Below, one piece after another: positions 1 to 8,867 of a DNA stretch of 64,000 nucleotides. Source of the DNA: Roseibacillus sp. (GTDB lineage: Bacteria; Verrucomicrobiota; Verrucomicrobiia; Verrucomicrobiales; Akkermansiaceae); assembly GCA_051251855.1 (NCBI GenBank), contig JBPOGI010000005.1:32001-96000 (forward strand). The letters run 5' to 3'. The notes under the pieces were generated by a model that saw only the letters and a list, made by a program, of their open reading frames with translations, ran no database searches and had not been told where the DNA came from. The translations under genes and the position numbers were made by a program. Within the stretch, counting starts at the first letter, position 1. Each line of letters opens with the position of its first letter.

Positions 1-2
1 TC

Positions 3-323
3 CAGTATGGTAAGGTTGATCTTCAAAAAAATGGTGCCTTGGGAGCGGAGTATGATGTGCGGAGTATTCCTGATACGCGCATTTTCCATGACGGCAAAGA
101 GATTGGGAAGTTTGTCGGGAGTATGGATGGGGCAAGTGTTGAGGAGTTGGTGAGCCAATATTTGGCTTCGGTAAGGCCGGTGGGTGAGATGAATCCGGCG
201 GGTCCCCGAGTGGATCAGAACGGAAGAGCGCTGCCGCCAGTGGATACAATCCAGCCTGCAATTCGACCAGAACCCGCGATTCGTAGCCTGCCTCCGGGGA
301 TCACACCGCTTCCTGCCTCTTGA
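3..323 (+). CDS. Thioredoxin-family protein, C-terminal part (5' end outside window), with Pro-rich tail
   Basis: Frame is open from position 3: QYGKVDLQKNGALGAEYDVRSIPDTRIFHDGKEIGKFVG. This matches the thioredoxin 'KVD..........Y.V.SIP....F.DG' segment. The active site is not in the window. Confidence 0.7.
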   Translation, partial: QYGKVDLQKNGALGAEYDVRSIPDTRIFHDGKEIGKFVGSMDGASVEELVSQYLASVRPVGEMNPAGPRVDQNGRALPPVDTIQPAIRPEPAIRSLPPGITPLPAS

Positions 324-358
324 TGCGGAGTGGGATCCGGTGTTAGCTACCGCTATCA

Positions 359-1657
359 ATGTTTGAGGTAAGCGAAAAGCCCGACCTAGTGGAGCGGGCG
401 ATGTTAGTGGGGTTCTACTTTAAGAGTGACGAGGAAGAGGAAGCGCGTGCCCTGCTACTAGAGCTGGAGGAGCTGGTGGACACGCTAGGAATCGGTGTAG
501 TGGGGATGGAGCTGATTCGAGTGCGAGCCCAGCACAAGGCCTTCATTTGTGGCACGGGAAAGTCGGATGAGGTGATTGAGATGGCACGCGAGAAGGAGTG
601 CGATTGTCTCATTATCGACAATGGACTTTCTCCTTCGCAGCAGCGTAATTGGGAAGGAAACGCTGGGATCACTGTCATCGACCGTGAGGAGGTGATTCTC
701 GATATCTTTGCGAGTCGGGCTTCGACGAAGGAAGCTCAGCTGCAGGTGGAATTGGCTCGGATGGAGTATGCTCTTCCTCGAATGGCTAAGATGTGGGGTC
801 ACCTTGACCGTGAGGGTGGCGGCGGCGGCGGAAGTGGGGCGGCTTCCCGGGGTATGGGTGAGCAGCAGATCGAGATCGATCGGCGACTGGCTCGGAATAA
901 GATTTCTCGTATTAAGAAAGAGCTGGAAGTGGTGAGACGCCAGCGAGCGACACGGCGCAAGGACCGGGACCGCATGGACGTGGCGGCGGCGGCGATTGTG
1001 GGCTACACGAATGCAGGGAAATCGACTTTGTTAAACAAGCTTTCGGGCTCCGATGTTTTTGAGGCGGACCAGCTGTTTGCCACTTTAGATCCGACAACCC
1101 GTGGGATTGAGCTTCCAGGTGGGCAGCAGCTTCTACTTACTGATACGGTCGGGTTCGTGCGGAATCTACCTCACCGGTTGGTGGAAGCCTTTAAGTCGAC
1201 CTTGGAAGAGGCGGTTTTGGCTGACTTTTTGATTCATGTGCTGGATGCGAGTGACCCTGGGGTGGAGGCGTTCTATCAGACCACTGAAGCGGTGCTTGCG
1301 GAACTGGGGGCGGGAGATAAGCCCACTCTGACAGTTCTCAACAAGGTGGATCGATTGGGAGAGGGGGATAAGTTGACGTGGTTGCGCGAGCGTTTTCCAG
1401 GGGCGATCGAGATTTCTGCTAAGACAGGGTTTGGAATTGAGAACCTCATCCAGGCGGCCGAGAACCAGCTGGCGGACCGAGTTTTGCGTCGGCTTTACCG
1501 GATTCCACAGAGTCGCGGCGATATTACCAATGTTCTTCACAAAGATGGCAAAGTGATTGCTACAGATTTTGAAGGAAATGACGTTCTCGTCACGGCGGTT
1601 GTCTCGCCGACTCTTGATGGACAATTACGAGATTTCTTGGAAGAAAACGCTGACTAG
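359..1657 (+). CDS. hflX: GTPase HflX
   Basis: G1 GYTNAGKST, DQLFATLDPT, G3 DTVGF, G4 NKVD, and N-terminal ILDIFA..A.TKEAQLQVELA. Confidence 0.97.
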   Translation: MFEVSEKPDLVERAMLVGFYFKSDEEEEARALLLELEELVDTLGIGVVGMELIRVRAQHKAFICGTGKSDEVIEMAREKECDCLIIDNGLSPSQQRNWEGNAGITVIDREEVILDIFASRASTKEAQLQVELARMEYALPRMAKMWGHLDREGGGGGGSGAASRGMGEQQIEIDRRLARNKISRIKKELEVVRRQRATRRKDRDRMDVAAAAIVGYTNAGKSTLLNKLSGSDVFEADQLFATLDPTTRGIELPGGQQLLLTDTVGFVRNLPHRLVEAFKSTLEEAVLADFLIHVLDASDPGVEAFYQTTEAVLAELGAGDKPTLTVLNKVDRLGEGDKLTWLRERFPGAIEISAKTGFGIENLIQAAENQLADRVLRRLYRIPQSRGDITNVLHKDGKVIATDFEGNDVLVTAVVSPTLDGQLRDFLEENAD

Positions 1658-1793
1658 ATACGTCACACATTTATACCGCTTGAGGGGGATAAAGATTGCT
1701 CTCTTGCGGAGAGGTAGAGAAAAACTTTTTAGAATACTTTGCCTTTCTTAAATAAATTGTTAATGTTTCTTCCGCTACTGATTCACCTTCTCA

Positions 1794-2795
1794 ATGAAAA
1801 CTTTCTTCTCCCTCCTCTTTTTTCTGACGTCATTTGCCTCCGCTACTGACAAGACCCTAGGTACCGAAAGGGATGCTGCTGTACGTTTGCAGATTCTGCT
1901 GGACCAAAAAATGTTCGGGCCTGGCTTCATTGACGGCAAACCAGGGACGTTTACCACTCGAGCCATTGAAGCCTATAATCGGGCGATGGGGCGTGATGAG
2001 GGTGATCGCACTATTATCCAAGCAGAGGCAGATGATTTGGTGACGAATACCTTTGTGACGACGACCGTGCCGTCGGTGGCGAAAAAATTTGTGAATCCCA
2101 AGCTGCCCTACAAGAGGGTTGAGCAGGCGGAAGAGCGGGCACTCACTTATCGGAGCTACTATGAATTTATGGCTGAGCGCTATCACACCTCGGAGAGTGT
2201 GCTTTATGAGTTGAATGGCAAAAACAAGACGTGGGGAGCGGCACCTGGGCGAACTTTGGTGGTGCCGAATGTGACGCCCTTTAAGATCGAGGATATCAAG
2301 CCCGGGCGCATGTATAAGAGTGGCGAAGGCGCTCTCGGCAAACGGAAGGTGATTATCGACACCAAGGAGCGGCAGATTCAGATTTATGAGATTCTTGATA
2401 AATCGATGGCGAGTACTGGGGCCTTGGCGGTGAGCGGCGAGGACGCGTATCGCTTGGTCGCCAGTTTTCCGACCACTCCTGGACAGGAAAAGTTTATCCA
2501 TCGCGGCACTTGGGAGCTGCGTAATACGATCGAGTGGCCGACTTGGCGCTACGATAAGCAGCTTTTGCAGGAAGGGAAGCGGGGCAAGGAAGCTCTCAAT
2601 ATTCCTGGGGGCCCGAACAATCCGGTTGGTGTTCTCTGGGCAGGATTGAGCAAAAGTGGAATTGGAATCCACGGCACGGATAGTCCTCGCACGATTGGCC
2701 GCGCTCGGAGTTCCGGCTGCTTCCGCCTTGCAAATTGGGATGCAGCTCGCATTCCGCTTGTGATTCGCCCAGGCGCGAAGGTGATTGTGAAGTAG
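1794..2795 (+). CDS. L,D-transpeptidase (YkuD family), secreted, with N-terminal peptidoglycan-binding-like segment
   Basis: Signal peptide, PGGPNNPVG, and catalytic region GIHGT...IGRARSSGCFRL. Confidence 0.9.
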   Translation: MKTFFSLLFFLTSFASATDKTLGTERDAAVRLQILLDQKMFGPGFIDGKPGTFTTRAIEAYNRAMGRDEGDRTIIQAEADDLVTNTFVTTTVPSVAKKFVNPKLPYKRVEQAEERALTYRSYYEFMAERYHTSESVLYELNGKNKTWGAAPGRTLVVPNVTPFKIEDIKPGRMYKSGEGALGKRKVIIDTKERQIQIYEILDKSMASTGALAVSGEDAYRLVASFPTTPGQEKFIHRGTWELRNTIEWPTWRYDKQLLQEGKRGKEALNIPGGPNNPVGVLWAGLSKSGIGIHGTDSPRTIGRARSSGCFRLANWDAARIPLVIRPGAKVIVK

Positions 2796-2814
2796 TCGCC
2801 GCTTTGCGGGAGAG

Positions 2815-3027
2815 CTACTTAAATAGTCCTGCTGCTTCTCCCTCGATGGGAAAACCGCCAGTGCGCTCTTTCTTGTAAAGCAGTTCGCCGTCTTTGCGGA
2901 TTTCGAAGATGCCTCCTTGGCCGGGAATGAGGGTGATTTCCTCGTCGCTGACGGTCTTGATTTCAGCCGACACACGGTCGGCTTCGGGGAGGTAGTTTCA
3001 TTTAGAGCAGTATTCGATCTCGATCAT
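2815..3027 (-). CDS. SelW/SelT/SelH (Rdx-family) selenoprotein, 70 aa, with in-frame UGA read as Sec
   Basis: Manual translation: MIEIEYCSK-U(TGA 3000..2998)-NYLPEADRVSAEIKTVSDEEITLIPGQGGIFEIRKDGELLYKKERTGGFPIEGEAAGLFK*. Rdx motifs I.YCxxU.Y, G.GG.FEI..DG and GFP are present, and a hairpin follows the UGA. Absent from the ORF track. Confidence 0.9.
2965..2983 (-). promoter_or_regulatory. Putative bacterial SECIS element (apical stem-loop)
   Basis: mRNA sense AGCCGAC-CGUGU-GUCGGCU: a perfect 7-bp stem starting 14 nt after the in-frame UGA, with G as the second loop base followed by U. Confidence 0.75.
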
Positions 3028-3077
3028 GGTGAGGAGAAGATGTGGGGCTTTCTGGATTTGGCCAATGAAAAGTTTGC

Positions 3078-3500
3078 TTACCGATGGGACTGCTCTTGCT
3101 GACTGATGAGGCTGGAGTTGATGGTCTCGAGGTCGTTGATGCGCTTGGCAAACGCTCCGTAGCGGACACAGAGCCCGAGGAGCCCGACGATGTAACTGAG
3201 TAGGCTGGCTGCAGTGAGGAGTGCGCCAGCCCCAGAAATCAGAGAATAGGCTCCTAAGTTACCTGCACCTGAGCTCGCGGAGGGTGATGAGGCTATCGAT
3301 GCTGCGATGCTTTGGAAGAGAAGGTAAGAAGCGACGACGGCAGTGGTAGTGCCCAGAATCAAACCGATGCCTCCTCCAAGCATCATCCAAGAGCCCCAAA
3401 ATTTCTTACCGCGATGGGCGATGATTGCAGAGGCGATCATGGCAATCGCGACCAAGACCGCGAGGACCGTAGAGATGAGCGCTGGTATCATAGAAGTCAT
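3078..3500 (-). CDS. Hypothetical 3-TM membrane protein (paralog 3 of a tandem triplet)
   Basis: Likely start MTSMIPALIS at 3500 within the longer 3078..4058 ORF. Three hydrophobic helices, IIAHRGKKFWGSW motif, short amphipathic C-tail. Confidence 0.75.
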   Translation of the reverse strand: MTSMIPALISTVLAVLVAIAMIASAIIAHRGKKFWGSWMMLGGGIGLILGTTTAVVASYLLFQSIAASIASSPSASSGAGNLGAYSLISGAGALLTAASLLSYIVGLLGLCVRYGAFAKRINDLETINSSLISQQEQSHR

Positions 3501-3547
3501 AGAACGATTGAACTGGATTCGGTAGTAAAGGGCAAGTTTTGCTCTTG

Positions 3548-3925
3548 TTAGGCAGAGTCCGAGTGGCGTTGGAGCTCGTCGCGCTCGGCTGCGAGCTGGA
3601 GGGCGAGTTTTTCGAGGTCGGCGGTTTCTTGGCTGAGAGTTTTCCAGTGCATGGTCATGAGGAAAGCGCCAATCCCCAAACTGAAAGCTGAGAGAGTGAT
3701 GAGCCAGCCAAAGAGCGAGAGAATCGAGCCCATGGAGTGAGGGGCGCCAATGAAGCTCAACGCTAAGAGGGCAACAACGGAAAGGAAGTAGCCGCAGATA
3801 GAGATAAGGACGGTCCACGTTCCTTTCGTCGCAAAGCCTCGATGGGCGAGGATGGCGGCAAAGAGAATGAGAAGTCCTAGTCCGAATGGAATGAGGAGAG
3901 CCAGAAGGTTGATAAAAGGGATCAT
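3548..3925 (-). CDS. Hypothetical 3-TM membrane protein (paralog 2)
   Basis: Three TM helices, ILAHRGFATKGTW, C-tail QETADLEKLALQL. Overlaps the upstream gene by 4 bp. Confidence 0.75.
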   Translation of the reverse strand: MIPFINLLALLIPFGLGLLILFAAILAHRGFATKGTWTVLISICGYFLSVVALLALSFIGAPHSMGSILSLFGWLITLSAFSLGIGAFLMTMHWKTLSQETADLEKLALQLAAERDELQRHSDSA

Positions 3926-4329
3926 GAACTAGGGCTGTTTGGGGGGAGGTTGCGTTGAGCCTGTTCTTTTGCTGCGGCGAGGGCGGAGGTGATTTCGAGA
4001 AGTTCCGAGCGCCGTTTGCCAGTGGCGCTCCAACGGGTGCAGAAGCCAAAGAAGGCAATCGGATAGAGTATGGCTCCGAGTATGAACAAAAAGTATGAGA
4101 TGATGAGCAGGCCGAAAGAGTGGGAGGAGCTTTGATCAGTCAGGAAAAACCAAAGTCCGAAGGCGACCATGATGGAGGTGGAAATGACCAAAAGAGTGGC
4201 GCCATATAAAAGGAGCCTGATTGCCCAAAATTGGGTTCCTTTTTGGGCTTTGAGTGCTCCAATGAAGAGGAGAACGACTGTGCTGAGGACTCCTGTTAAG
4301 AGAAGGGAAATGGTGAGCTGTTCGTTCAC
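3922..4329 (-). CDS. Hypothetical 3-TM membrane protein (paralog 1)
   Basis: GTG start, three TM helices, LKAQKGTQFWAI, C-tail KRRSELLEITSAL. Confidence 0.75.
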   Translation of the reverse strand: MNEQLTISLLLTGVLSTVVLLFIGALKAQKGTQFWAIRLLLYGATLLVISTSIMVAFGLWFFLTDQSSSHSFGLLIISYFLFILGAILYPIAFFGFCTRWSATGKRRSELLEITSALAAAKEQAQRNLPPNSPSS

Positions 4330-4564
4330 GAGACTTTGGTTTTAGCGCTTTGCTGGCATTGGGTCACCGAGAAAAATTTGAGTGGTAAGTGGTGTGTGCC
4401 TCTGGCGCTTGGAGATGAATTCAAGCATTCTGCCTGTATGGGCTTAAGTGTGGGTTGAGTGGTAGTCAGCGGCTGGAAGCCCCAGAAACGGACTGTCGTT
4501 GGAAGCGTCAGCTACTTTTCGGAAAGGTCGTTTTTCCGTTTCCATTTTCTGAGCTTGAGGCAAG

Positions 4565-5479
4565 TTGGGAGCCTTGAGCGACGCAGTGTCAGAGGAAGCA
4601 GCAGTTGAGGTCCCCAGTGCGATGGAGGACTTGAAGGTCTTGGTGAAGGCGCGCCTGAATTTGTTTGTGATTATCACGACCTTTTTCGGCTACGCGATCG
4701 CTTGTCGGCATGGGGGCTGGGAGTTTTGGACGTTGTTGCATCTGATTCTGGGGACGACGGCTTGTGCCTTTGGTTCGGCGGTCTTCAACCAGCTTTCGGA
4801 GGTGGATAGTGATGCCTTGATGAAGCGGACCGCGAATCGGCCTTTGCCGTCGCGCCGGATGGGGATTGTGAAGGCGTTTGTGATTGGCTGGGGTCTCTCG
4901 GCGTTCGGAATTGTGCACTTGTCCGCGATGGTGGGCGCTGTTCCTGGGGTGCTGGCGGCGGTGACGATTGCGACTTATGTCTTCATTTACACCCCGATGA
5001 AGAAGTGGAGTTCGGCCAATACTTTGGTGGGGGCGATTCCGGGAGCTTTGCCGCCGTTGATTGGGTGGACTGCAGGCGGTGGGGGGCTGGCGGAGGCTGG
5101 GGGCTGGTATTTGTTTGCTCTCCTCTTCCTCTGGCAATTACCGCACTTTGTCGCCATTAACTGGCTGTGCCGCGAAGAATATGAGCTAGCGGGCTATAAA
5201 ATGTGGTCGAATGGCGATGTCAGCGGAAAGCGGAGCGTGGGCTTGGCGGTGGGTTTTTCGGTGGGGTTGGGAGTTTTGGCGGCAGCTGTGATTCCGTTGG
5301 GGATTGCGAGTTGGCCCTTTGTGGTTCTTGGCTTGGCGCTGGCTGCAATGCTGGTGGCGACGGGTCAGCGGTTTTTGAAGAGCGGGGAGCGAGTGCACTT
5401 TCGTAAGTTTTTCTTGGCTACTTTGCTGTATTTGCCCCTGGTTTTGGTGGCTTTGCTGATTTTTTGGCGGAAGATTTAA
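4565..5479 (+). CDS. ctaB: Protoheme IX farnesyltransferase (heme O synthase)
   Basis: NQ..E.D.DALMKRTANRPLPS, YTPMKK, VGAIPGALPPLIGW, LWQLPHF. Start codon uncertain (TTG at 4565 or 4574). Confidence 0.95.
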   Translation: MGALSDAVSEEAAVEVPSAMEDLKVLVKARLNLFVIITTFFGYAIACRHGGWEFWTLLHLILGTTACAFGSAVFNQLSEVDSDALMKRTANRPLPSRRMGIVKAFVIGWGLSAFGIVHLSAMVGAVPGVLAAVTIATYVFIYTPMKKWSSANTLVGAIPGALPPLIGWTAGGGGLAEAGGWYLFALLFLWQLPHFVAINWLCREEYELAGYKMWSNGDVSGKRSVGLAVGFSVGLGVLAAAVIPLGIASWPFVVLGLALAAMLVATGQRFLKSGERVHFRKFFLATLLYLPLVLVALLIFWRKI

Positions 5480-5494
5480 GAGGGCTTTGAGGCC

Positions 5495-6262
5495 TTGCCA
5501 CTTTGGGAAAAGGCGTTAGCTTCCCCGCACGTGAAAAGTGCTGCCGATGGACTCGAACCTGCGGAGGTGAACCCTGCCCAGTTGCGAAAGACTGCTTTCA
5601 TTCTTGTGGGTGTGATTTTAGTGGGGGCGGTGGCTGTTACGAGCTCCTATATTGCGACGGCCAAGAAGCAGAAGGAGGATTTCCGTCCTGCCTTTGTGAA
5701 TGAATTGAAGGGGCACGTGAAGCTGCAGTTGTCGGACGGCACGGTGGTGGATACTTCCGATATCGAGGAAGATGTTTGGCTCTATTATCAGACTTCTTTC
5801 GAGGAGCGGGATAGCCATAAGGAGCGGGAGAGGGCGCTCGCTCTTTTGCCTGAAGAGGGAGTGAAGCAGGTTGTCTTCTTTGTGGATATGGATCCGAACA
5901 AAGACGAGGATCGAGCGCAAATGGCAACCTTAGAGCGTGAGCCTGGAGTGTGGAAAGTGGCAGCGAAGGCAAAGGTGTTAGAAAAATATTTGAAGGCGGG
6001 GATTCGCTTCGGAACCATTCCTCACATGAAGGATGGGAAGTTGATTTATGATAGTTCGGTTGCTCTCTTGAAACGGGATTATCCGGAAGGGAAGAATCCG
6101 AGAATTCACATCCGAGGAGAGATGTTTGATTTCAAGAAGGCTGAGGAGGAGGCGTTGAATCGTGAGAATCCTCAGGCTGCGGACGGCTATCGCAAGGACT
6201 GGTTCATGCGTGATCACATTAATTTTTTGCTGAACGAAGGCGACCCCACTGAAGAGAAATGA
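5495..6262 (+). CDS. Membrane-anchored SCO-like protein lacking the metal-binding Cys/His
   Basis: N-terminal TM helix. Aligns by eye with the adjacent SCO protein (DVWLYY/KVWIVA; FVDMDPNKD/VSVDPEFD; IYDSSVAL/AHDMGVAV). Contains no Cys. Confidence 0.6.
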   Translation: MPLWEKALASPHVKSAADGLEPAEVNPAQLRKTAFILVGVILVGAVAVTSSYIATAKKQKEDFRPAFVNELKGHVKLQLSDGTVVDTSDIEEDVWLYYQTSFEERDSHKERERALALLPEEGVKQVVFFVDMDPNKDEDRAQMATLEREPGVWKVAAKAKVLEKYLKAGIRFGTIPHMKDGKLIYDSSVALLKRDYPEGKNPRIHIRGEMFDFKKAEEEALNRENPQAADGYRKDWFMRDHINFLLNEGDPTEEK

Positions 6263-6963
6263 ACGACAAAACAAAAATCATTCTGATGTATGCCAGCACG
6301 GTAGTGTTAGCCGTGCTGTTGGTAGGAACCTTTACTTGGTTACGCAAAGCTCAGGAGGCGAAGGAGCGGAAAGCGATTGGGCAGCGGATTGCGACTAATG
6401 TGGGTCGGGAGGAGAAGAAGGAAATGATTCGCTTGGAGAAGGATCTAGTTGCGATCAATCAGGCGGGCGAAGAAGTGAGCCTCTTCGAGTTGAAGGATAA
6501 GGTCTGGATTGTAGCGGAGTTTTTTGCGGAGTGCCCCAATTGTGCAGCACGCAACGGGGACCACCTCGTGAAGCTCTATCAGGCCTATAAAGACAATCCT
6601 GATTTTTATGTCGTTTGTGTTTCGGTGGATCCCGAGTTCGATGACGTGGAGCGCTTGCAGCAGTATGCCACGAATCTAAATGCAGATATTTCGAACTGGT
6701 GGTTCCTAACAGGCCCTCGGGAAAGGCTTCACAGTTACATGGAGGACGAGATGAAGTTCTTGGCGATACGCGAGCGCACCAATGAAGCTGACATCGAGCG
6801 GGAAGGACGTTGGGCTCACGATATGGGGGTGGCGGTCTTTGGAAAAGGGCTAGTGATGAAGGAGAAGAAGGATTTGTTTTTCGCGCGGGAGCAGAGTCAG
6901 GACATGTATGACCACTTTGAAGAGCTCTTGACTTCTGCAATTGAAAAAGCGCTGGCTGAATAG
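6259..6963 (+). CDS. SCO1/SenC family copper chaperone
   Basis: TM anchor, NQAGEEVSL.ELKDKVW, FFAECPNC, SVDPEFD, WWFLTG, conserved distal His (WAHD). Lies next to ctaB. Confidence 0.88.
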   Translation: MNDKTKIILMYASTVVLAVLLVGTFTWLRKAQEAKERKAIGQRIATNVGREEKKEMIRLEKDLVAINQAGEEVSLFELKDKVWIVAEFFAECPNCAARNGDHLVKLYQAYKDNPDFYVVCVSVDPEFDDVERLQQYATNLNADISNWWFLTGPRERLHSYMEDEMKFLAIRERTNEADIEREGRWAHDMGVAVFGKGLVMKEKKDLFFAREQSQDMYDHFEELLTSAIEKALAE

Positions 6964-6971
6964 ATAAGACA

Positions 6972-7535
6972 ATGAGCGAGCGGATGCGATATCTTGGGAA
7001 GCCGTCCAACGACGTCTTGGCCCAGAAGTTAATGAAGGTGGTGTGGGTGCTGACGGTGGTGGTGCTGGGTCTGGTCGTGGCGATGCGTCGGATTAAGTTG
7101 CCGCTACCAGAAGGGGTGGATTTGAGTTTTTTGCCTGCATTGAATGCGGGGCTGAATACGGGAGTGGCGCTGCTGTTGATTGCTGGTTTGGTGGCAGTGC
7201 TCAAAGGGCGCATCACGCTTCATCGGATTTTGATGACTCTGGCAGTCGCCTTTTCGGTGGCTTTCTTGCTGTGCTACGTGGCCTACCACATCACGACGGG
7301 GGAGACGAGTTATGGGGGCGAAGGTTGGGCGAAGACCGTCTACTACATCGTGCTCGCGACACACGTTATTTTGGCTGCAGTGAGCTTTCCTTTCATCCTG
7401 ATGACGTTGGTCTATGCGTGGACGAATCAATTTGGGAGGCACAAGCGGTTGTCGCGTCGCATCTATCCGGTGTGGCTTTATGTTGCAGTGACGGGCCCTG
7501 TCGTCTATTGGATGCTCCAACCCTATTACTCATAA
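6972..7535 (+). CDS. DUF420 family membrane protein (cytochrome c oxidase assembly associated)
   Basis: LPALNA.LN, HR..M, FL.CY..YH, L.THV.LA, HKRLSR...PVWLYVAVTG.VVY. Confidence 0.9.
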   Translation: MSERMRYLGKPSNDVLAQKLMKVVWVLTVVVLGLVVAMRRIKLPLPEGVDLSFLPALNAGLNTGVALLLIAGLVAVLKGRITLHRILMTLAVAFSVAFLLCYVAYHITTGETSYGGEGWAKTVYYIVLATHVILAAVSFPFILMTLVYAWTNQFGRHKRLSRRIYPVWLYVAVTGPVVYWMLQPYYS

Positions 7536-8825
7536 ATGAAGGTCGTTGAACACTCTTCCGAAGGCTATGAGGCCTTTTTGAAAACCTTGGACCGCCGGGC
7601 GATTCCCTCGGATCGGGTGCGTGCGATTGTGACGGGCATCATTGATGATGTGCGTGAACGAGGAGATGAGGCTTTGGTCGAGCTGACGAAGAAGTTCGAT
7701 GGCGCGGACTTGAGCAATGGTCTCTTGGTGACTGAGGTCGAGTGGTCGGAAGCGGAAGCGGCCGTCACGCAGGAAACGCGGGAAGCGATTGCCGCGAGCT
7801 TGCGAAACATTTCGTTTTTTGCGGAAAAAAGTCAGCGGCAAGATTGGTCGGCGCGCAATGAGCAAGGTGCGGAAGTGGGCGAGCGGTTTGTTCCCTTTGA
7901 GCGGGTGGGCTGTTATGTCCCAGGTGGAAAAGCGCCTCTGGTTTCAACGGCTTTGATGACGGCGGGTTTTGCGCAAGCGGCAGGGGTGCCAGAAATTGTG
8001 GCGGCCACTCCTTGTGGTCCGGATGGTAAGGTGAATGCGGCTTTGCTGTATGCGCTGAGAGCGGCGGGAGTCACGGAAGTAATTAAGGTAGGTGGGGCGC
8101 AAGGGGTCGCAGCTCTGGGATTGGGCACGGGTTCGATGGCTCCGGTGCAGAAGATTGTGGGGCCAGGAAACGATTTTGTAGTAGAGGCGAAGCGCCAGTT
8201 GATCGGTGCTATCTCCATCGACCTTTTACCGGGGCCGAGCGAGATTATGATCTTGGCCGATGAAAGTGCGAACTCGGCTTTTGTAGCAGCTGATCTTTTG
8301 GGGCAAGCCGAGCACGGGCCCGATAGCGTGGTGGGCTTGGTGACGACATCTCGTGATTTGTTGCAGAAGGTTCTAGAGGAAGTCGAAAAACAGGCAGCGA
8401 CTTTGAGTCGGGGAGATTATCTTCAGGAGGTTCTTTCGGAGGGGGCATTTGCGGTTGTGGTGGAGTCTTTAGATGAGGGAATTGCGGTGGTGAATGCTTT
8501 CGCGCCGGAGCACCTCTCATTGGTGGTAGTCGATGAGGAGGCGTGGCTGCCGAAGGTTTTAACGGCTTCGGCGATCTATGTAGGGTCTTATTCTCCGGTA
8601 GCGGTAGGGGACTTTTTGGCAGGACCGAGCCACACCCTTCCAACGGGTGGTAGCGGTAAAAGTTTCTCGGGTTTGCGGGCGGATCAGTTTCAGCGTCGTG
8701 TCAGTGTGGTGCGCTTGGATAAAGACGCGGTGGCTAAGTCAGTGGAGGCGGTGGAAGAGTTTTCGCGGGTCGAAGGACTGGATGCTCACGGTCGCTCGGC
8801 ACGAATCCGTGTCAGTGAGCACTAA
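7536..8825 (+). CDS. hisD: Histidinol dehydrogenase
   Basis: YVPGGKA, GGAQ, KIVGPGN, GPSE, QAEH, APEHL, GPSHTLPT, EGLDAH. Confidence 0.97.
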   Translation: MKVVEHSSEGYEAFLKTLDRRAIPSDRVRAIVTGIIDDVRERGDEALVELTKKFDGADLSNGLLVTEVEWSEAEAAVTQETREAIAASLRNISFFAEKSQRQDWSARNEQGAEVGERFVPFERVGCYVPGGKAPLVSTALMTAGFAQAAGVPEIVAATPCGPDGKVNAALLYALRAAGVTEVIKVGGAQGVAALGLGTGSMAPVQKIVGPGNDFVVEAKRQLIGAISIDLLPGPSEIMILADESANSAFVAADLLGQAEHGPDSVVGLVTTSRDLLQKVLEEVEKQAATLSRGDYLQEVLSEGAFAVVVESLDEGIAVVNAFAPEHLSLVVVDEEAWLPKVLTASAIYVGSYSPVAVGDFLAGPSHTLPTGGSGKSFSGLRADQFQRRVSVVRLDKDAVAKSVEAVEEFSRVEGLDAHGRSARIRVSEH

Positions 8826-8867
8826 AGAAGGTTTTCCCTTTCGCCGAGGTAGCGCAGTATTCACCCA

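Noticed and set aside
1857..2975. 372-aa minus-strand ORF
   Set aside because: Antisense shadow of the L,D-transpeptidase, in a different frame from the real selenoprotein gene, with no motifs.
3501..4058. N-terminal 186 aa of the 3078..4058 ORF
   Set aside because: Overlaps two better genes in other frames. Paralogy supports a start at 3500.
4330..4564. Possible structured RNA or riboswitch upstream of ctaB (GAAACGGA...TCCGTTTC pairing)
   Set aside because: Only a short stem, with no recognisable riboswitch consensus.
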